This document shows positions 57,039-64,000 of a DNA stretch of 64,000 nucleotides, piece after piece. Made by a program: the position numbers and the translations under genes. Below the pieces are notes generated by a model. That model made no database searches. It worked only from the letters and a program-made list of their open reading frames with translations, and had not been told where the DNA came from. How positions within the stretch are numbered: the first letter of the stretch is position 1; every line of letters starts with the position of its first letter. Source of the DNA: an uncultured bacterium (GTDB lineage Bacteria > Babelota > Babeliae > Babelales > Babelaceae); the NCBI GenBank assembly GCA_963819815.1, contig CAWFXL010000001.1:288001-352000 (forward strand). The letters run 5' to 3'.

Positions 57039-57668
57039 ATGGCAAAACTATTCTTAAGTGCCCTTGTAGTATGTTTCGCTACATGCAAGCCTATGGATAA
57101 ACGCTTACATGCAGATGCTCAGGCATTAGATATAAAAGTTAAACTCGAAGAGCTACCTATTGAACCGGAATGGAAAACCGAGCATAATTTGGCGGAATCG
57201 TTGAGCGAGTTACAACGAATATGTACTCTTTTTCAACAAAGATTCGAGATCATAACCTATGGTTATACAGTAGCCGAAGAGAAAAGTCCTGAAATATATC
57301 TAACATTGTATATTGTGTGTTTTAATGAGATAAAGCTACTATGGGATACATTACAAAAGATGCATAACAAAAAGGCTACTCGAATACTCGGCGGTGCTAA
57401 AGAAACTCGTGCATTTCTTGAAAATCTGGTTTCACTTTTTGAGCAACTCCATAAACTGCTGATTTTGATACGCACTAAATTGACGCACACAAAAGCAACT
57501 TCCCTAGCTGAATATGTATTCATATCGAAAACCCATGAACGCTTTATGCAACGAGCAATGTACAAATTTGCTCCAGAGTGGTCCTTAGCAATTGTTTTCA
57601 ATCGTATGAGAAGGTTTGAGGCAAAAAGTTTCAGGTCACGCAATACTCAGATAGGAGCCGCAGAGTAG
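57039..57668 (+). CDS. Hypothetical exported helical protein
   Basis: 209-aa ORF with short hydrophobic N-terminus. Confidence 0.7.
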   Translation: MAKLFLSALVVCFATCKPMDKRLHADAQALDIKVKLEELPIEPEWKTEHNLAESLSELQRICTLFQQRFEIITYGYTVAEEKSPEIYLTLYIVCFNEIKLLWDTLQKMHNKKATRILGGAKETRAFLENLVSLFEQLHKLLILIRTKLTHTKATSLAEYVFISKTHERFMQRAMYKFAPEWSLAIVFNRMRRFEAKSFRSRNTQIGAAE

Positions 57669-57933
57669 GTTCTAGTCCCTATGCCTCTATTTTCTTTTGA
57701 TTGATCAAGGCTCATCCTTCAAAGCAACTCACTAGTGATACAACACGAACTATGACGCAAGGTGAATCTTTATCGGGCGCATTCAATTTGTCTACTCTGC
57801 TTTCTACATCTTGATACAAAAACGGTTCCCGATTGCATGAAAAGCTAACTATACAAAAGAGTTTAATTGTGGCTTACTAATAGCCGTAAGCAAAACATAT
57901 GAAGCATAAAGTTAAAATAAACGAGATAGATGT

Positions 57934-60900
57934 ATGAACATCATTATTCTTTTTCTCTGTTTGTTTTGTGCCATTCCTCTGCAAGTGATGAATGCAGCTT
58001 GCCTATCTAGTTCCACAGCAGAAAAAAGTAGTTCCCCAAAAGATCTGCTCAAAACAACATGCCGTACGATCCTGACCAATTTACAGGGTACTCCGGATTC
58101 GCAGGCTCTAGAGACAGCATTTTCGCTCATTAGATCATCTATGCAACAATTGTCTCCTAACTTCGCTATAGCTCTTTTTAATACATGTGGAATATGGTCA
58201 GCTCTTAAACCACTTGCTGATCAAGGAAACTGTGAGGCAAGCTATCTCCTTTGTTGTTTGCTTGAAGATAAACAAAACAATCAAGACAAGCTCCTTTCCT
58301 ACTTACGGATTGCAAGTAAAACTGAGCTTGCGGCCAGCATGTGGCTCCTTTCCCTGGAGAAAGATTCTGCTGCAGTAGTATCTGTTGTAGATTCTTGTAA
58401 ACAGCATGTTCAAAACATGACCACTGATCAGAAGAAAAAAGTCTTAACTGTCTTGGGCAACTTATGCACACAAGAACAACCTGGAACATTTCCTCGTCTC
58501 TTAGAATGGTCACTAAGCACCGACCAATCGGACGATTTAGTAACTGCGCTTGCTCCTTTTATCCAAAACCAGAGGGTTTTTCCTGAAGTGACGCAAGAAC
58601 TTCATCGCATGCATGATGAGCTAACTCCCTATTGTACACGTCACTCAGCCTTTGCCAATAGCCTTCTTGCTTACTTGCGAGTTGCAAGAAACGCTGACCT
58701 TGAAGCCTGTCTATGGCTTCTCTCCCTAGAGAAAGATTCTACTGCAGTAGTATCTGTTATAGATTCTTGTAAACAACGCACACAACAGATGACTCCTGAT
58801 CAGAAGAAGAAAATAGTAACTGTCTTGGGCAACTTATGCACACAAGAACAACCTGGAACATTTCCTCGACTAGTAGAATGGTCTTTAAGCACAGACCAAC
58901 CAGACGAGTTAGGTGCTGTGCTAGCTACCTTCACCAAAAAACAAAGAGCTTCCCATGAAGTGACGCAAGAACTTTATCGTACATACGATGAGCTTACTCC
59001 TTATTGCACACGTCACTCAGCTTTTGCCAATAGCCTCATTGCTTACTTACGCGTTGCAAGCAACACTGAGCTTGTAGCCTGCCTATGGCTCCTTTCCCTG
59101 GAGAAGGATTCTGCTGCACTAGTATCTGTTGTAGATTCTTGTAAACAACGCACACAACAGATGACTCCTGATCAGAAGAAGAAAATAGTAACTGCCTTAT
59201 GTACCTTATGCATACAAGAACATCCAGGAGCATTTCCTCGACTAGTAGAATGGTCTTTAAGCACAGACCAACCAGACGAGTTAGGTGCTGTGCTAGCTAC
59301 CTTCACCAAAAAACAAAGAGCTTCCCATGAAGTGACGCAAGAACTTTATCGTACATACGATGAGCTTACTCCGTATTGCGAACGTCATTCATCCACGGCT
59401 AAAGGCCTCATAGCTTACTTGCGGATTGCAAGTAAAAAGGAGCTTGAAGCTTGCCTATGGCTCCTTACATTGGAGAAAGATGCGGTAGCGGTGGTATCAG
59501 CAATAGATTTTTGTGAAAAGCATGCGGAACAGATGACCGCAGAACAGAGGAGAAAAGTCTTAGCTGCCTTACATACCTTGTGCATGCAAGAGCAACTGGG
59601 AGCATTTCCTCGTCTATTAGAATGGTCTTTGCGAGTACAGCAATCTGATGAGCTTGTTATGATGTTAGCTACCATCATGCAAAAAAATGATGTTCCTCAC
59701 GATGTTATGCAAGCACTTCATCGCATGCATACGAAGCTTATCCAGTTTAGTTTGCGCTACCCAGCTGTTGCCTATTACCTTGGCTGGCTCTATTTTAAAT
59801 ACTCTCGCACTAATCCCAAAACCGCGCGAAAGCTAAATGAGAGGGCGCTCGAATTTTGGAGAGCGGCACATACTCGTGGGTATACGTCCGGTACCTGGAG
59901 ATGTATTACACAAGGCGTACACGATGGCATACGGAACACTCACGACCATGTTGCCCGCTTTAAAGCAGCAGTAGAGAAGACACGAGAGCAGGTGAGTGGC
60001 AAAGAAAATGCAGCTGCGAGTAATCAGAATGGGCGCAACAAACTACACGAGCTTGCTCTTGTGACCGAAGCACGCGCAGGTATAGAAGCATTTGAAAAAA
60101 ACTCACGCACCTCTGAGGAACTGTTTGCAGTAGCAGATGTCTATCTAAAGGGCCTTCCAGGTGTTATCTCCGCAGATGAGCAGCGAGCGGCCTTATGTTT
60201 TAAAAATGGCTACACCCGTTCTTTCCTTGACACCCAAAAAAAGGGGGTCTCTTCGATGGTCGCTGCGTGCGGGATCTCTTTACAAACACTCGAAGGAGTT
60301 ACATCCGCGGATGCTGCCTGCAAACGAAAAGCCCTTATTTCGATGCTACAAGGTTGTAAGGCACGAAGCCTGGAAGCGGTAATTCTCCTAACCCGCATCT
60401 ATGCCTATGGACTGTATGGAATACCACAAGATACTAATGAACTGTTGAATGTCTGCAAGCTCTGGTACGGTCGATCGCCTCACATCGCCGACTTGCATGT
60501 ATTTTTGGCTGAGACGAAACTATACCAATTGCTTGATGACCAAGGTCCTCAAGTGTCACAGCAAGAAGGTACCGTTCTCAAGCCTCATTACCCCGTACAT
60601 TACTTCGTTATAGGCATTCTTCTAGCAACTGCTGAAATTGAACCTTCTTTGCTTGAAGAGCTTAAAAATGCGCTTGTTACGTTAGAAGAAACCTATGATA
60701 AGGATCCAGACTATGGCGAACTACTTCATCTTCTAGGTACCCTTGATTATGCAATACAGCGCATTGGCCACAACCCAGAGCAGGTTGACGTGGCGATGTT
60801 TTTTGCAAGCCTTGCTCTGAAGCATGTGGAAGATAACGGTATTGAGCAAGCAACAGAACTTCAAAGGAAGGGGGCTCGTTCCGCACTTGAAATGCTTTGC

Positions 60901-61854
60901 TCAGTGCTTACTCACCGATGCTTAGTGCACGACGTACCTTTTCTCTCATCTGATAGGTATGGCCAAGAACTCTATAGGTCCTTGAGAAGTATTGTTTTGC
61001 GGAGATCACAAGATTCTGACACAGAATTGCGCACTACCGTATTAAGAACATATGGACTATGTGAGCTCCTTGTAGATGCTGACTATCTATCAACAAGCTT
61101 TCGCCATGGACTTGAAGTACTTGGTCAGTTAGCATTGGAAGGTGACGAGATGAGCAGAACAGTCATAACCCACCTTCATAATAGTTTGGTAACACAGCTT
61201 TCTTTTTCTCCCTTGATGACGCAACCGTTGAAGAAATTGCAATGCTTGTTCTCTCTGATATTAGTCGACCTTCATAATGTCAATAGCCAGCGTGGAGCCA
61301 TCAATTATTTAAGGTTAGTGATGCAATATGTTCGGGAAAGACAGATTGATGAATATGAATCATTTTGTGAGAAGTATGACCCTCTTGAGCTGTTTGCACC
61401 CTATCTAAACATACCTACCGATGAAAATGAATTACTGCCGCTCCAACTGCGTTGTTTTGTGTATCTCGCTTTTCACTATACGTTACTGGTATCTCGGACA
61501 ACTGACAAAGAAAAGGCTAGAGTGATGGAAGGAAAAGCTAAAATACTCTTGCAGCGGGCATCTAACCTAAACGCCTATCTTCTGCACTATCTTCTCGCTC
61601 TTGAATATTTGCAAGGGATAGCGATCGGTAGGAATATAGCAGAGTGTGAACGCCATTTTACTGAAGTGATCAGGATAGCACAAGCCCAATCTACTGTGTT
61701 GAGACCATGTGAAGCTAAATTAGGGGATGATCTGAGGGCCCTCCTTTTACAGAAGATAGCATCCGGTATGGATGGATTGAGTGAACAGTTTATACAGGAA
61801 CTGAATCGTCCTCCAGAAAAAATTGTCGAGAATAGCTCAGGAGATTCTCAGTAA
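57934..61854 (+). CDS. Large secreted alpha-helical protein with four 124-aa tandem repeats and Sel1-like segments
   Basis: Signal peptide; repeats visible in translation; AVADVYLKGLPGV and LALEYLQGIAIGRN Sel1-like motifs. Confidence 0.85.
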   Translation: MNIIILFLCLFCAIPLQVMNAACLSSSTAEKSSSPKDLLKTTCRTILTNLQGTPDSQALETAFSLIRSSMQQLSPNFAIALFNTCGIWSALKPLADQGNCEASYLLCCLLEDKQNNQDKLLSYLRIASKTELAASMWLLSLEKDSAAVVSVVDSCKQHVQNMTTDQKKKVLTVLGNLCTQEQPGTFPRLLEWSLSTDQSDDLVTALAPFIQNQRVFPEVTQELHRMHDELTPYCTRHSAFANSLLAYLRVARNADLEACLWLLSLEKDSTAVVSVIDSCKQRTQQMTPDQKKKIVTVLGNLCTQEQPGTFPRLVEWSLSTDQPDELGAVLATFTKKQRASHEVTQELYRTYDELTPYCTRHSAFANSLIAYLRVASNTELVACLWLLSLEKDSAALVSVVDSCKQRTQQMTPDQKKKIVTALCTLCIQEHPGAFPRLVEWSLSTDQPDELGAVLATFTKKQRASHEVTQELYRTYDELTPYCERHSSTAKGLIAYLRIASKKELEACLWLLTLEKDAVAVVSAIDFCEKHAEQMTAEQRRKVLAALHTLCMQEQLGAFPRLLEWSLRVQQSDELVMMLATIMQKNDVPHDVMQALHRMHTKLIQFSLRYPAVAYYLGWLYFKYSRTNPKTARKLNERALEFWRAAHTRGYTSGTWRCITQGVHDGIRNTHDHVARFKAAVEKTREQVSGKENAAASNQNGRNKLHELALVTEARAGIEAFEKNSRTSEELFAVADVYLKGLPGVISADEQRAALCFKNGYTRSFLDTQKKGVSSMVAACGISLQTLEGVTSADAACKRKALISMLQGCKARSLEAVILLTRIYAYGLYGIPQDTNELLNVCKLWYGRSPHIADLHVFLAETKLYQLLDDQGPQVSQQEGTVLKPHYPVHYFVIGILLATAEIEPSLLEELKNALVTLEETYDKDPDYGELLHLLGTLDYAIQRIGHNPEQVDVAMFFASLALKHVEDNGIEQATELQRKGARSALEMLCSVLTHRCLVHDVPFLSSDRYGQELYRSLRSIVLRRSQDSDTELRTTVLRTYGLCELLVDADYLSTSFRHGLEVLGQLALEGDEMSRTVITHLHNSLVTQLSFSPLMTQPLKKLQCLFSLILVDLHNVNSQRGAINYLRLVMQYVRERQIDEYESFCEKYDPLELFAPYLNIPTDENELLPLQLRCFVYLAFHYTLLVSRTTDKEKARVMEGKAKILLQRASNLNAYLLHYLLALEYLQGIAIGRNIAECERHFTEVIRIAQAQSTVLRPCEAKLGDDLRALLLQKIASGMDGLSEQFIQELNRPPEKIVENSSGDSQ
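58291..59778 (+). repeat. Intragenic tandem repeat, 4 x 372 bp
   Basis: Unit starts (LL/I-S/A-YLR) at 58291, 58663, 59035 and 59407. Confidence 0.95.
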
Positions 61855-62001
61855 GCGTAATCAATGTTGTGCACTCGATACCATCATCTCTACGTCATTA
61901 TGCCCTCCAAAAAAGAATATACAGCAGTTTGCCAACTTTGTATTTTGCTGATATGGTACAATAATTGCTATCATTCAGATATTTTAGAAAGGAAGAATGC
62001 T

Positions 62002-64000
62002 TTGAAGATTCGAATAATTCTTATTTTATGTCTTTTGTTTTCAATGCCTGTCTCTGCATTATTCCACACAAAATCGGATGCGGTAGCATCTTCACAACTG
62101 TCTCCTGGCAGCAGATATGGCATGAGTGTTGACAATGAAGAGCTTATACTCGATGCCACTTGGATAAAAGAAGCCACATGGCTCAATGAAAAAGTTCAAG
62201 GAAACGATGCTGTAGGGCGGACAAAAAAGGAGTCGGTGCTCATTCCTATCACTAAAAATGAGTTTAATGATATCGCACCATTTTTGAAACTGCTTGGGAA
62301 GAAAGATTACTTGAGGCTAGACAAAGAACTGTTGGGTTTTGCTGGGTTGGTCGTGGACAAAGAGTCTGATCTTAAATCGTTGAAGCCTTCCGTTGAAAAG
62401 GTAAATGCACTGTACACAAATCTCAAAAAAATGGAAATTACAGGTTTGGAACCTTATGTTAAGAAGGTCTTTTTTGCCTTGCTAAAAAAGGAAGCTATTC
62501 TCGCCGAGTTTAGCCGTAACGAAAAGTTCCTCGATGCCTTTGAAATAGTAAAAGATATCGCCGGCCAGAACGCTCAGCTGGTGAGCCAGGAAGATCAGAA
62601 ATATCTGGCGGCACGTCTGCTGGTCGTAGCACAGCTTCATAAACAGCCAAGCTGTTATGACGTAAGCTCAAATGGACGCTACTTTGTGATTTGCACAGAA
62701 GAAGATGCGAAGAAGAGCAGCTTACTTGAGGTCTATGATCTTAAAACCGGTTTGCGCGGATGGAGCACAATGGTTGAATATCCTGTGCAGGGTGTACAGT
62801 TTTATAATGAGCGGCAGGTCATAACCTGGGGCAGAAGAGAGGTTCTTGGTGAACGTACTAGTAAGACGGCAACTCTCGATATGCTTGAGCTATCAGAAAA
62901 CTCTCAGACCCTTAAGAATGAGACCCCAAACTTGTGGAAAGAAATGCTCAAAGGAGCTAAGAAAATTTGGGGTGTTGTTTTGGGTGATTATAAGAATATC
63001 ATTGGGGTAGGCGTTGATGAACAAATTCTCTTAATAGATATGGCTTCAGATCGAACCTGTAAGACTATCCCCCTCGCACCAAGCGGTATTAAAAGAACAT
63101 CTAGTTTAGTATTGCAATTTGCTGATGAAGACAGAATCATTGTAGAACTCTCACTGCACGGAGTTCTCTGTTTCTATCAATGCGATACCGGAACATATAG
63201 TGGCCCTGAGCCAACAAGTAGGATAAGACAATATTACGTGAACGGTCCCCATCTTATTACTATTTCTGCTAATCATGACCTGTGTATCTGGGATTGTCGG
63301 CAGGGTAAATGTATCAGACAAGAGAAGGTTCCTCAAAATACAGCTTTGTTTGTCCCCCGAGGGAGGCACATCAAAGGCGCCCAAGCTCAAGAAGGAAGAG
63401 AAATAATTTTTTGCGATACTGCCGGCCAGGAGTTTATGAAAAGGCTTCCCGTCTTAGATGGCAGCACCATGCCTCATTGGATTAAATTAACGAGTGTTGG
63501 TACTGTTACCATACCCATAAAATCTGATATGTCCTATGAACCGATAGTGCTTGCACCAAAGGAAGCATTGACCTCCTTCTTTATGAGCAAAGATGAAGGC
63601 GTATTTGTTGCCCCCAGCACTACAGGTAAGGTATATGCATGCCATGCGAATAACTCTAACGTCAACGCTTTTCTTACATCTGATATGCCACTTGTAAATA
63701 ACCTATGGATACAGCTGTTAATTAACCAAATTAAGATGGGAAAAAAAAGAGGCCCCAACTTTGATTTTGCAAGCAAGCCCCATATGCAAAAAATATTTCA
63801 AACCTTTGAAGATGACGTGCGCATACTCTTACGCCATTCTTTTCCCGAATTGGACAAGCTGTTAACAGACCAGCCTACTGACGCTACTTCTTTTCGATCA
63901 GAAGGTTCTCAAGAAGCAGCAACGTCAAGCACAAGCGTTCGCGGGGGGACCCCCTTGAGTAATTCACCCAGGAGGGTTGTTGCCGAGGGAAAACCCTTAC
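62002..64000 (+). CDS. Paralogue of 49350..53402 (signal peptide, SKP1/BTB-like, WD40-like), 3' truncated by window edge; absent from ORF track
   Basis: RBS GAAAGGAAG and TTG start MKIRIILILCLLFSMPVSA. Shares LDATW..E, GRTK, YPV..VQFYN, FADEDR..VE, YYVNG, WDCR.G and QLLINQ motifs with the paralogue. Confidence 0.88.
   Translation, partial: MKIRIILILCLLFSMPVSALFHTKSDAVASSQLSPGSRYGMSVDNEELILDATWIKEATWLNEKVQGNDAVGRTKKESVLIPITKNEFNDIAPFLKLLGKKDYLRLDKELLGFAGLVVDKESDLKSLKPSVEKVNALYTNLKKMEITGLEPYVKKVFFALLKKEAILAEFSRNEKFLDAFEIVKDIAGQNAQLVSQEDQKYLAARLLVVAQLHKQPSCYDVSSNGRYFVICTEEDAKKSSLLEVYDLKTGLRGWSTMVEYPVQGVQFYNERQVITWGRREVLGERTSKTATLDMLELSENSQTLKNETPNLWKEMLKGAKKIWGVVLGDYKNIIGVGVDEQILLIDMASDRTCKTIPLAPSGIKRTSSLVLQFADEDRIIVELSLHGVLCFYQCDTGTYSGPEPTSRIRQYYVNGPHLITISANHDLCIWDCRQGKCIRQEKVPQNTALFVPRGRHIKGAQAQEGREIIFCDTAGQEFMKRLPVLDGSTMPHWIKLTSVGTVTIPIKSDMSYEPIVLAPKEALTSFFMSKDEGVFVAPSTTGKVYACHANNSNVNAFLTSDMPLVNNLWIQLLINQIKMGKKRGPNFDFASKPHMQKIFQTFEDDVRILLRHSFPELDKLLTDQPTDATSFRSEGSQEAATSSTSVRGGTPLSNSPRRVVAEGKPL

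Noticed and set aside
58291..59778. Diversity-generating retroelement TR/VR pair
   Set aside because: The repeats are in-frame tandem coding units, differences are not adenine-specific, and no reverse transcriptase is present.
688..63776. Numerous 60-150 aa ORFs antisense to or nested in the called genes
   Set aside because: Shadow ORFs of well-supported genes, with no RBS or recognisable motifs.

Overview
Bacterial chromosomal window, moderately AT-rich. It mixes housekeeping genes (rplI-dnaB-ruvC, dnaN-recF, arfB, aquaporin, ABC transporter, ATP-dependent ligase) with about 20 signal-peptide-bearing proteins. Many of these carry eukaryote-like modules (ankyrin, ankyrin+zf-MYND, WD40, SKP1/BTB-like+WD40+Sel1-like, DnaJ). 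This content suggests an intracellular parasite of protists, most plausibly Ca. Dependentiae/Babeliae (TM6); the assignment is inference only. The most striking pattern is a dispersed set of normally cytoplasmic nucleotide-modification erasers that all carry N-terminal signal peptides: all three ADP-ribosyl hydrolase folds (ARH/DraG, macrodomain, NADAR), a 2H phosphoesterase and a Ppx/GppA-like hydrolase. Also present are a tnpB-only IS200/IS605 element with readable ends, an AbiE type IV TA pair, an orphan RHH antitoxin coupled to a CPBP protease, four DUF4143 AAA+ ATPase loci (two with phased 33-34 bp upstream repeats), two candidate structured RNAs, a serpin-like gene and several frameshifted genes. 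I found no rRNA, tRNA or CRISPR array. All calls come from motif recognition by eye; no database searches were run.
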